Shown here one piece after another: positions 53,441 through 64,000 of a stretch of DNA of 64,000 nucleotides. The stretch covers positions 69,626,001 through 69,690,000 of the forward strand of contig CM060731.1 of the NCBI GenBank assembly GCA_030704615.1, given 5' to 3'. The notes beneath the pieces are model-generated. The model had not been told where the DNA came from, made no database searches, and saw nothing but the letters and a program-made list of their open reading frames with translations. Made by a program: the position numbers and the translations under genes. This DNA is from Takakia lepidozioides (taxonomy: Eukaryota > Plantae > Bryophyta). Positions within the stretch are counted from its first letter, which is position 1. Each line of letters starts with the position of its first letter.

Positions 53441-54049
53441 GTGGTGGGGGCATTGCAGATCATCTCCCAAGGCATGAAGTAGCCAAGCCGACCACTGAAG
53501 CATAAGACTGGTCCACCCCCAACTTGCTAGGTAATTTTTGTAATTTGAAAATGTAAATGTACATGTACTAGATAAAAAAAATAACGTAGATCTAAATGTA
53601 GGCCATGTATGTAACATTCAGCTCAATATGACATAATAAATTGAGCAGTGCGGTGTCTCTCCCCACACTTTCGTTTTGGCCAGCCATATACCATCCCAAA
53701 CTTTTGTAAATATATGAGTTTTGCACAATTATTAAATGCCTTTTGGATTCTTTGTTTGCATTGTTTTTACACAGGAGTTGTTCCACAAGCTTTTTATGTC
53801 ATGCTTTGTGGTTGATAGTATGCAGGAGGGATCCATTCTGTTTTCATGTTGGAATTTCACCATGTAATGAAGATTTTAAATCATTTAATTCACTTTCATT
53901 TTAAATAATAATATTAAAAATAATACCATTAAAAAAAAAATCCAAGGCTGCAATCTCCCTGTTCTTTTAAATATTAAATGAAAACTAAAAATTAAAATAT
54001 GAACATTAAAAATATAAACTATTTCGGAAAACAATCTTGATGACACGTG

Positions 54050-54620
54050 ACATCACTCTTGCTCAAACCAGAACACGTGGCAGTATATGACACGACATTC
54101 TTTATCCATATTTTCACCACGTGTAAAGATCCGTAGTCATATATGCTAGTCATATATTTTGTCTATGTGCCACATGTCACATCTCAAGTGCAACATGTGT
54201 CCCGCTAACAACTCTCCATGTAGACATCCCTGTAGTCATATGAGCGAGTCATGTAGTCACCACGTGTGAAATCTGCCATAGCACACGTGTCTCGCTAGCG
54301 CCTCTTCATGTAGGCATCACTGTGCAAACATGTAGTCATATGATCATGGCAAGAAGTTGTGACATGTCAAATTCGTAGTGGCGCACGTGTCCATCCGTCG
54401 CCTCTCCATGTAGGCATCACTTTGCAGACATATAGTCATATGATCCCCTGACGAATGCATGACGTGTCGCTTGCGCAGTGGCGCACGTGTCCCGCTGAAG
54501 CCTCTCCATGTAGGCAGCGCTCAACAGACAATGTACTCATATATTAGTCATATAGTTGTGACTGCAACCCTCTCTGCAACAGGACTCCAGGTGCCACGCA
54601 AGCAGTCATGGATATGACTT
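54050..54620. repeat. Diverged tandem array, ~5 units of ~92-100 bp
   Basis: Recurring CACGTGTC..CTCCATGTAG(G/A)CA..TAGTCATAT. Confidence 0.7.
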
Positions 54621-54765
54621 GCAAAACGCAGTTCTAAAGACTAGTCGCTATGACAAGGCTTTTTTCACTACAGAGTGATGTAGTCATGAACGCATATAAG
54701 ACTGAAAAAATAGTCATATGTGAAGTCATAAAAACGCTCATCTGTTGTAGTGCCATCTCTGGCGG

Positions 54766-55464
54766 ATGGCTCGAGAGGTGGTATATGTCTTGGAACCATT
54801 TCTTTCTTTTTTGGAAGGGTTTCAATCGCGCAAAGCTCACAATATGCTCTCGCTTATGCTTGACCCACGTTACAAGGGGCTGTCATTGGTATTACAATAT
54901 GTGGGCAAAGAGCGCGCTTTGCATATTGTGTCCCAATATGATAGCATGGTGTTAGAGCCTCTTTTGGTAAAGTGTTTCAAGGTCTTACATCCGGATACTC
55001 CGGCCCAATCACAGCCCACTTCCACAATGGACGAGATGTCCTTATTTGGTGTATATGACCACAATGAAGACATGACATTGACAGTAGTGAGAGAGCAACT
55101 ATCACATTTCAGAAGGACGAAGATAATTGAGGGTGAGTGCGTGGCTCCTTTGAAATGGTGGAAAAAACACGAGTCTCTCTTTCCGTATGTGGGATTTTTG
55201 GCACGGCTAATCTTGGGCATAGTTGGATCTCAGATTGAAGCTGAGAGGGTTTTTAGTATTGCAGGTGTCATAACAAGCTTGAGACGGTGCAGATTAAATA
55301 TTGAAAACCTTGATATGCTTGTGAGTGTAGTCAAGAATTGGCCAAATGATGCTAGAGTTGGTTGCTTTAGTACTTCCACGAAAGAGTTTTTGGATATGGA
55401 AGAAGTCCTCTTACATGAGAATGAGGACTTGATTGCAGAGGCAAACCTCTTTGAGGTAGAATGA
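54766..55464 (+). CDS. hAT transposase C-terminal half with dimerisation domain (N-truncated)
   Basis: LMLDPRYK and PLKWWKKHESLFPYVGFLARLILGIVGSQIEAERVFSIAG..RRCRL..ENLDML in an uninterrupted 232-aa ORF. Confidence 0.9.
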   Translation: MAREVVYVLEPFLSFLEGFQSRKAHNMLSLMLDPRYKGLSLVLQYVGKERALHIVSQYDSMVLEPLLVKCFKVLHPDTPAQSQPTSTMDEMSLFGVYDHNEDMTLTVVREQLSHFRRTKIIEGECVAPLKWWKKHESLFPYVGFLARLILGIVGSQIEAERVFSIAGVITSLRRCRLNIENLDMLVSVVKNWPNDARVGCFSTSTKEFLDMEEVLLHENEDLIAEANLFEVE

Positions 55465-56899
55465 TTTGTCTTGGAGACAAATTATTGTTCAACATATTAC
55501 CCTATACTCCTTTGATTGGAGTTTGTTTATTTGTCATTTTTATTGAAAATTTCAGTGACATCCCGTGTACTTAGTTTGTTGTATGCTATATCGACAAAAC
55601 ATCATCCAAAAAACACAAATTTATGTAGTTTTTTTTAGTTGTGCTTTTGCTGCACCATAAAAGGTAACCATAGAATTACACATGTTTAATTTGTTTTGTA
55701 TTTTGAATTAAGATCCTTATGTAGTTAGTTAGTTTTAGTTGTTCTTTGCTACACCGTATGAAAACTTATAAAATCTCTGGTTTTCCGTTTTTAATGGAGA
55801 CCATGCGTATTTAACTTGTTATATATACCATAAAAGACAATCACAAAAAACATATAAGTTTATTTACTTCTGTTTTACTAATAAATTCCCTGGTTTTAGT
55901 TGACAATTCTGAATATTCAGTATGACCAATCAGATCAGTTCATCTAATTTTCCAGAAGAATAAAAAAAATAAAAGAATTTAATATATTTTTAAAAAAGTA
56001 CCGGAACCTAACTGGGAACCGGTGTTTTTTTTCCAGCAACTAACCGGTAACCGGAACCGCCCCCATGTTAAAAAGTCAGAACCTGAACCGGACCGGAACC
56101 GCCTTAATAAAAAATAACCGGATCCGGATCCGGAACCGTCTCTTCAAAAATTTGTGGAACCGGAATTGAAGGTTCCTTCACAAAAGTAAGAACCGCCCAA
56201 CACTGGTTCTTACCACTACACTACCCCTAAAAACTCAACAACCCACTCCTGTAATATTATATTTAAGGTGTTTTAAACCCCCCTCTGTATGTATAATGTT
56301 GTACATGAGGGGGTTTAAAATACCCCCTCCTGTGCACGCACGTGGCTGGTACATTTAATGATGAGTGCACCCCCCAGGGAATCCACACACAAGTGGGGCG
56401 CCGACGGATCCAAAGGTTTTATCTGGCGATTTGTAAGTCGTACTTCCCTATGGATTTTGTTATGTCTTCTTTCTGGCTCCATTATCACGAAGAACTGACT
56501 TTAATTTGTGGCATGTGTAGCAACGCGCGTTTGAGAGGAAGCCATCTCCGGTAGAGTACAACTACGCCAAGGAGCATGGTTGGCAATCCCTCATGAAGAA
56601 CATGGCCAACACAGAGGGGATGAGTGCACTACATGGCACTAGTATGGATGAGGTCGAGGGTCATGCCTAGAGATTGGATGAGAGCTCTGTAGGACTTAGG
56701 GGAACGCTGCCTCATTTACATGCTCTGGCAAAGGGCGCGGAGTCATCAGGCTCATCGGATAGCTCTGGGTCCTCCACTGAGGATGAGGATGAGGATGACT
56801 AGTCCTAGTCCATGTAGGTCCTAGGGTCAGTCTATTGAACCCTTGTGAGCTTTTCAGCTCATTTCTTGTAAATATATTTCCATATTTCCATCTTCCATC

Positions 56900-59150
56900 T
56901 TATTCATGTGTCGCTGCTTCAACTCGGCAAAAACTTGGCCACAAAAGGTGTTCCATACCCAGACCTTGGATTTACACAGGAGGTCTGATAGCAGCCCCGC
57001 GATCTTGGCGAAATTTCTCACAAACTTCTGGTAATAGGAGGCGAGTCCTAAGAAGGATTGCACTCCCGGGACCGAAGTCGGAGGTTCCCAGTCCAAGATC
57101 GCCCTCACCTTTCTGTCATCCATTTTGATCCCATCCTGTGTAATCACATGCCTCAGGAACTCCACTTTTGTGACCCCGAATTCGCACTTTGAAGCTTTGG
57201 CATACAACTTCTCTTCCTGCAATTTCTGGAACACCCTTTTTAGGTGCTCCAGGTGCTTTTCCTTTGTTTTCGAATACACCAAGATGTCGTCGATGTACAC
57301 GATCACAAGGTGACTTACTCGGCCGGATGTACCCCTTTGACATTAGATCATTGAGCCGAGTCTTCAGCTTGACCAACTCTCTGTGGCTCAACCGGTAGGG
57401 CACCTTGGCAGGCGGCTCTGATCCCGATATCACCTCAATCTTGTGGTCAACTCCCCTTCGCGGTGGCAGACCGCTTGGTAAATCCTCCGGCATCACATCC
57501 TGATATTTCTCCAAGATGGGCTCAGCTCCCCATCGCCTTCTCCTTTCACTTGTCTTACGTAAAGCAAAAACTGGGGCTTGTGTGGCTCCTCCACGGCCCA
57601 CTCCCTTGCTGACAGAAGATTTATTCGCCCTCCCATGGGTTTGGGCGTTTCCGACACTCGTAAAACTTCGCCACCATTCCCACACGGCAGCGTGACTACT
57701 CTCTTGCGGCCATCTATGACCGCTCCGGATTTGCTCAAAAAGGTCATCCCCAAAATGAGATCCACTCCATCGATCTCGCAAATGGTAAAGTTCTCACATC
57801 CCTCCCAACTCCCCAGTTGAAGAGGAATATCGAACGCCAACCTCGTCGCCAATTGTGGTTCTCCTTTGGCAGAACGCACCTCAATAGAGGCCCCCACGTC
57901 ACTTGTCGGGAGCCCCAGCTTTCGTGCTATTGCCAGTGTCATGAAGGAGTGCGACGCTCCTGTGTCCACCAACAACGACACGTTAGTTCCGGAAATTATC
58001 CCATCCATGAACAATAATTGACTCCCTTTACGCAGGGCGCTAGTTTCCTGATACAACTCACAAGAGTAGTTGCCTACCTTGCAACTCTTGGTGACCACTG
58101 CTTCTACCAAGCGGCTGATGGAATCTTCTGACAGCTCTGTGGTCGCCTGAGTCATGTTTAGTTGTCGGGGTTTTGCGCACTTCTTAGCCATGTGCCCGGG
58201 CTCCCCGCAATTAAAACACACCCCATCGAAGGTCGCATTCTGTCCGCCATAAGCCGCCGCACCTGATTTTCCTTTCGGAGCATCGGGTGCCGCCTTGACG
58301 TGAGAAGGACCTCCCTTCGATTTCCACGTGCCATTGTCGCCGCGTGGCCTATCCCATCTCTTTTCCGGTCGAAAGGAGTCACCCTCCTGCCGGGTCTTCT
58401 TGTGGTTCAGTCCGTACGGCCTTGTCTTTCGCCCCTAGGGACATCCGAGAAACATTCAGCCCTCTCAATTGCCTCGTTCAAAGTTTTAGGTGGCTTCTCC
58501 TCCAACTTCCGCTTGGCCCATGGGGCCAGTTCCGCCACAAAGTTGAAGACCATTTCTGGTTCTGCCATGTCCGCGACTTCGAGCAACAGCACATTGAAAG
58601 CCTGAACATATCCCCGAATGTCATCTGTTTGCTTCAGATTCCTCATCTTGTCCCGGGCAAGCCAGGACGCGTTGAGGGGCACAAACTGTCTCTTCATCAG
58701 TTCCTTGAACCTACTCCAGTTCAAGATTTCCGGGTTTGGACCTCAGTCGTGAAGGCGTTTCTCCCACCATTGTTGAGCATAGCCCCTCAGATAGGTGGGA
58801 GCCACTTCCACCCGATCCTCGTCACTCAACTTGGCCGCCCGGAAGTACTGCTTTAGCTCTAAGAGCCAGGTGTTGAGTGCCTTCCGATTTCGGACGCCCT
58901 CGAAGGTGCCGGGTTCTTTAGGCTTCACCTTAAACTTTGCCTTAGTGGAAGTGACATTAGCCGCCCTCAACATGTTTTTCAATGTCCCGCCAAACTGCGC
59001 CAACAACCCTTTCCAAAAGGCTGCTGGCATGGGAGACATCTGGCATGTATCACATCCAATATGCGCACTGTCTCCTTCAATCGCATCTCCTTACACGCTG
59101 TGCTCACTTCGCCACCACTCTCCCAAGCTTTCCTGCAGACTCTCCTTGCC
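56900..59150 (-). mobile_element. Ty3/gypsy (chromovirus-like) gag-PR-RT remnant with internal deletion
   Basis: EPGTFEGVRNRKALNTWL..YLRGYAQQWW, CFNCGEPGHMAKKC, LVDTGASHSF and LPPRRGVDHKIE. GYIRPSKSP is joined directly to VYIDDILVYSK, so the RT core is deleted. No LTR recognised. Confidence 0.88.
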
Positions 59151-60409
59151 ACTGTGAGTTTTTCATTTCCACTCCACAAGAATTACTGCTGCTGCGGCAA
59201 CAAATACCCTTTTCTCTCCCCTGATGTCCAACAACCCACTGGGTCCAATTCCTAAGACGAAATCCCACAACCCTGCATGATGCACAACCACAATTTCATA
59301 TGTGCATCTCTAGACCTTTACTGTGAAAGCTTCACACGCATAACAGTTCTGACCTAAATGGAGTTCTGATGCGGTTTGCACAACATACGAGATGGGCAAA
59401 AGTACAGCATACCCAGCATTCCCGAGCCTTCTTTGAAAACCCATTACGACGATACCAACTCCCAAATCTTGGACTCTAACTCCCCCATGCGATGAAGCAT
59501 GATGAACACACAAGCAACATTTTCTGCCCCTCTATCTCACTTCCCACCAAACCGACGATGTCCCGACGTGCATGCATGTCATGAGGACTTGTAGCGCTCC
59601 GAATTGAATCCTGATACCTCTGACTGCACTAAAGAGTTTGCCAATGCTCTATAGCATTACCTCCTTGGAGATCGGTGTTTCCACCGAGTGTTCGTTTGTA
59701 GACCGCTGCAAGTGAATCTCTTTCGACTGTTACTCTTTAGGCTTGCTTCTCCTGCAGTAATTATCGTGTTGGAATGAATTGAAATTGGGTCTTTGTAATT
59801 GGAGGTTGGTGCATTCAGTTTACAAACACATTATAACACGAATGTGAATGGTGATGATGCCCATCAGAAGCGACAATCTTAAAGAAGACAAAATGTTAGG
59901 GTGGAAGAATGATACCTAGTTCCACAGCCCTTCGGTTTTGTGGTTTTACAGTTGGTTGATTGTCACTGGTTCCTTCTTTGTCCCTTCGGCCCTTTGGGCC
60001 TCTCACGGACATGCTCCTCTCTGCGTATGTCTCTCTCTCTAAGAAAAATTAATTTTTCTACCAACCCAAAGATGTGACAAAATACAGCTTGGTTAAACCA
60101 GCCAATTTAACAGTGTTTTTCTTTCTGGCGAAAGATTTCGACCTGGAAACTCAGTCAGCTACTTGTACAAAGGAATTATGGGGGTAAAATCTGAGATTTT
60201 CGCCAAAAAGCACCAGGAGGTAAATTTCAGGAGCCTAATTTTGCCAACGTGGAACAATGATAACGTGACACTTGGAATATAGCCACTTTTCTAACTTTGT
60301 CACCTCGATATTCTCGCCACATGGGCAATTCATAGGTGGCCCTGCCAGCGATTTTGGAAATATGAAAAACAAAGACTGCAGCCAAATGAAAAAAAAAAAA
60401 AACAGATGT

Positions 60410-60978
60410 AATATATACATTCCAAATTTATATCTTGCCTACATATATAGATGGCAGGGCCTTAATATAGAAATTCTAAACTTGTCTTGCCTACATATAT
60501 AGATGGCAGGGCCTTAATATAGAAATTCTAAACTTGTCTTGCCTACATATATAGATGGCAGGGCCTTAATATAGAAATTCTAAACTTGTCTTGCCTACAT
60601 ATATAGATGGCAGGGCCTTAATATAGAAATTCTAAACTTGTCTTGCCTATATATAGATGGCAGGGCCTTAATATAGAAATTCTAAACTTGTCTTGCCTAC
60701 ATATATAGATGGCAGGGCCTTAATATAGAAATTCTAAACTTGTCTTGCCTACATATATAGATGGCAGGGCCTTAATATAGAAATTCTAAACTTGTCTTGC
60801 CTATATATAGATGGCAGGGCCTTAATATAGAAATTCTAAACTTGTCTTGCCTACATATATAGATGGCAGGGCCTTAATATAGAAATTCTAAACTTGTCTT
60901 GCCTACATATATAGATGGCAGGGCCTTAATATAGAAATTCCGAACTTGTCTTGCCTACATATGTAGATGGCAGGGCCT
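60410..60978. repeat. Homogeneous 52-bp minisatellite, ~11 copies
   Basis: Unit TAGAAATTCTAAACTTGTCTTGCCTACATATATAGATGGCAGGGCCTTAATA; spacings 52,52,52,50,52,52,50,52,52,52. Confidence 0.97.
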
Positions 60979-61143
60979 GCGCCTTGTTCGTATTGTCTTC
61001 CCTTTTTGCGCAAAAAAAACGCTAGTGAGGAAATAGGAAAGAGGAAGTAACCTCTTAAGCGGCTAGCGGAGGGGCGGGAAATCCTTTGCATGGTGGAGGG
61101 GGCTCTGCGGAACGATGCTGCGTTGAGGTCCTCGCTGCATCCA

Positions 61144-61682
61144 ATGACTTCGTGAGTCAAGCACCGGACCCCCAACGCAGCATAGCTCCGCGCAACTCCC
61201 TCCATCATATGCACTTATTGTTATTATTTGTAAAAGGAAGGAGAGTTGGATCTGCACTGTTCTTCCCCCTTATGTAGACTTATCTTGTCGATGCCTCATT
61301 CATAATTTAGCAGTTTGAACTCGAGCAGATGGTTGATTTCTCTCAAAAAGCAGTTTCTCTAGAGATTTTTTGCACTGGAGGAAACAATTTTATGTGTTCC
61401 ATATGTGGCTCATGGGCTATGCCGGGATAGGGACCGGGACCGTGAGTACTATCGGGTCCGAGAACGGAACCGAGAGAAGGATCGCGAGTTTTTCAGTGAC
61501 AGAGACCGAGATAGAGAGAGGGATTACTACAGACGTGATCACAATGATGACCGTGAGAGAGACAGGCATGGAGAGCGTGATAGGTGGAGAAGTCGTTCCC
61601 GCAGCCGAAGTCGAGACTGGCATGATAGAGCAAGAGACCGCAGCCAACGCACAGTTTCCCCAGCTGCTGATCGGGAAAAAAG
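61144..61682 (+). CDS. 5' exons of an RD/RS-rich (splicing-factor-like) protein; exons 61144-61151 and 61431-61682; remainder not found
   Basis: ATGACTTC|GTGAGT...AG|GGACCGG joins in frame to MTSDRDREYYRVRER...RSRSRSRSRDW...SPAADREK, followed by a GT donor at 61683. Confidence 0.55.
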
Positions 61683-62825
61683 GTATTTTTGCCATTCTAT
61701 TATGCAATGTTTTGACAGGAGATCATCTTTGGATTCATAGGTCTACTGGTTTTCAACTTCCTTCCTGGGTTAGGGATCTTCTAGAAGTATGTGAAGCGGG
61801 TCTCAAAAACTCCCATCTCTGTAATTAGACTCTTGGATTCGGGGCTTCCAGCGGGCTGGCTTGCTACTGAGCGTGGTCCTGCAGGTTTTGGTATTGCTGT
61901 TTACTGGGCAACTGAGGAGGCGGGCTAAATTTCCTGGATGGCTGGCATATGTGGGTGCTGATCAGGTGGCTGCTTACATTCTTGGATTGTTGTCAAAATT
62001 TTGTTTTTTGGAAAGATTGCCCCATTATTCCTTGGACTGGCCTTGGTCTCTTCAAGTGTAACCTGGCATACAGAGGCCCACTAAGTTTGCGCTGCCATAT
62101 TCTTCTATCAGACACTAAGAAAGGTCAATTCGTTAATTCCTGCCTAAGCGAGCATAGATTAAATCAAGAAAGGACTTCCTGATTAGGATTACTTCATCAT
62201 ACAGGCATGTCTGCAAAAACTCAAAATGGCAACACACGCACAGAGTATTGGTACCAGGGTACATAGTACATACTTACGAATTTTGTGCCGGATAAACAAA
62301 GCAGCCGCGACTGGGACGAGGTTGGAGCTTGAACAGCAAACGTGGCGGACTGTCCGCAGAAACCTTTCTCATATTCAATATTCTTGACGTATGTATACCC
62401 GTGTATCCACATACCATATCTATGCATGCAATCGAACTGGACCCCGTTGGTACGCTGCCAAAAAGGGCTGCTCAGAGTAGCTGTTCAGTTTATCAATGCG
62501 AAACTACCGCAAGCTTTCACCGTGAGAATGACTGTCGAAGGTGTTGAGCATGCAGCTTAATGCAAGCTTGCCATTGCTCTACCAGGGAAAGAAAACATGA
62601 GAGCACTAGTACCAAGGTTCGGAGAATGCACTGGAGGTGCACCGGCCATCTATCTTCTTCGGCCATCTATCTATCCAACTGACCCTATCTATCTATCTAT
62701 CTATCTTCTTCAAGAACATCTCGTCATTGATCTGACCATCTCCATCTCCATTGAGTTCGGCCACACGGATAATATCGTCAACTTCATCGACTGTCAATCC
62801 TCCAGGCAGCTGTATCAGCGCGTTC

Positions 62826-63591
62826 CTACAGAGACAGGGTCAGTCGGTCGGTTTCCTCCTTCAAAAACATCTCGTCATTGATCTGACCATCTCCATCTCC
62901 ATCGACTTCGGCCACACGGATAATATCGTTGACTTCATCGACTGTCAATTCTCCAGCCATCTGTTGCAGCGCATCCCTTAGCGCGGAAACAGAGCCAGGG
63001 TCAGTCGGTCGGTTCCCGTCAGTAACGACTTCCAAGTACTTCGCTGTTATCACCTCGAACCTGTCCTTGAAATCCTTGCAAGCCTGCATCAAGTCATGAA
63101 GACACTCATCAATCCGGTAGGTACCAGTTCCACTGGCATCGACCTTGTTTATCAGGTTCCGAGTCTCTGAGCCATTCGTGTATCCAAACAATGACTCAAT
63201 GAGCATGTCAAATTCCTCTGGGGTAATGTAACCATTTCCATTCTTGTCACACAAGTCGACAAACGCCCTCTTGAGACTGGCAATCGACTGCACAGTCAGA
63301 TACTCGACCCCAGGCTTGCTGTCAGGCTGCTTTGTCTGCGCAAAATAAACAGTAAGTACTTAAGTACAATTTCAGTGCACCACCTTCAGGCAGCATTCAT
63401 GTGACCAAGTGGGAAAAATTTACGGTAGCATTGTTCGTGAACACCACCGGTACTGTTGTTTTCTTTCATTCAATTTTTACCTTGTCCTCTGGAGTAGGAG
63501 TAGAAGATTGGCCTCTGCCTCCAAATCGATCGCTGGATTCATCTTCAGCCTCTTCAAGAGCTCCAAGCATCAAGCTCAAATTCAGGCTCAT
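62826..63591 (-). CDS. Divergent calmodulin-like EF-hand protein; exons 63591-63481 and 63335-62826 (206 aa)
   Basis: In-phase GT-AG join. YLTVQSIASLKRAF..DKNGNGYITPEE, INKVDASGTGTYRIDE and GELTVDEVNDIIRVAEVDGDGDGQINDEMF parallel calmodulin EF1, EF2 and EF4. Confidence 0.7.
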
Positions 63592-64000
63592 CCTGGATCT
63601 ATGTTGCCGAGAATGTCACCGTTCAGTGTTGCAAATCTACATCTCAACTAGCCTAGAGCAGTGTAGTAAACAATATTGACAGATTCACGATAGTGGACAT
63701 CCTGGAGATACTCTTAACAGAGATCGACCACTTGAGACTACCATACAATCTCCCTCACATTGACGTCTCTTTCATCAGTGTCAAATGTTGTCCGATTGTA
63801 GGGGTTGAGAACGTTGCTGGAACGTTGTGAGCACTATTCATGAGAACGACGGGCCAGATTGTTCAAAGTGGAGGGTTATACACAAGTTCACACACGTCTG
63901 CCTAATCAATTGTTACAATAACTCGATTTCGTCGTACCTATCGAGCACAGCAGAGACTGTCACCAATTACTACGATGCATGAATTGAAAACTAAGTCTGA

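Larger units (their letters stand above)
49371..56205 (+). mobile_element. hAT-family element with captured host gene fragments (candidate Pack-hAT)
   Basis: TIRs CAGTGTTGGGTGGTT and AACCGCCCAACACTG (14/15 match), dense ACCGGA/TCCGGT subterminal repeats at both ends, and an internal hAT dimerisation ORF. The 8-bp flanks GTTTGAAC and GTTCTTAC match only 5/8. Confidence 0.75.

Noticed and set aside
56214-56340. CACTAC start and small GGGGG/CCCCC inverted repeats as another CACTA end
   Set aside because: No partner terminus or characteristic subterminal motifs were found.
59300-59760. Exon-like segments with splice signals on the minus strand
   Set aside because: They contain stops and have no recognisable product.
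60410-60978. CRISPR-like appearance of the 52-bp array
   Set aside because: Units are contiguous and identical with no unique spacers, no cas genes are present, and the context is eukaryotic.

Overview
Eukaryotic, intron-containing, transposon-dense nuclear DNA from a land plant. A seed-free lineage (moss-like) is my inference from the repeat and PPR style and is not proven. Only one host gene is clearly intact: a 9-exon plastid phosphoenolpyruvate/phosphate translocator (PPT, 33492-37437, +) whose first intron is GC-AG. A divergent calmodulin-like EF-hand gene (-) and an RS/RD-rich exon (+) lie at the right end. The left 22 kb is a nest that can be reconstructed. A PLS-PPR-E-DYW editing-factor gene was hit by a chromovirus, which was itself hit by a CACTA element. 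The same gene was also hit by a complete 13-kb non-chromovirus Ty3/gypsy element (LTRs, CAAAT TSD, PBS, PPT, three Zn knuckles, extra 5' and 3' ORFs). A ~15-kb inversion then split both the PPR gene and the chromovirus. Two ~4-kb inverted arms (22465-26777 and 41815-45641, decayed hAT transposase plus Helitron-like end arrays) bracket the PPT gene and an L1 LINE that has an internal inversion. Further right are an amplified array of dead PPR motifs, a 6.8-kb hAT-ended unit carrying an in-frame PR-1/CAP + chloroplast Cu/Zn-SOD chimera with introns retained (candidate Pack-hAT), a deleted gypsy remnant and a 52-bp palindromic minisatellite. All calls come from reading the sequence and translations by eye; no searches were run.
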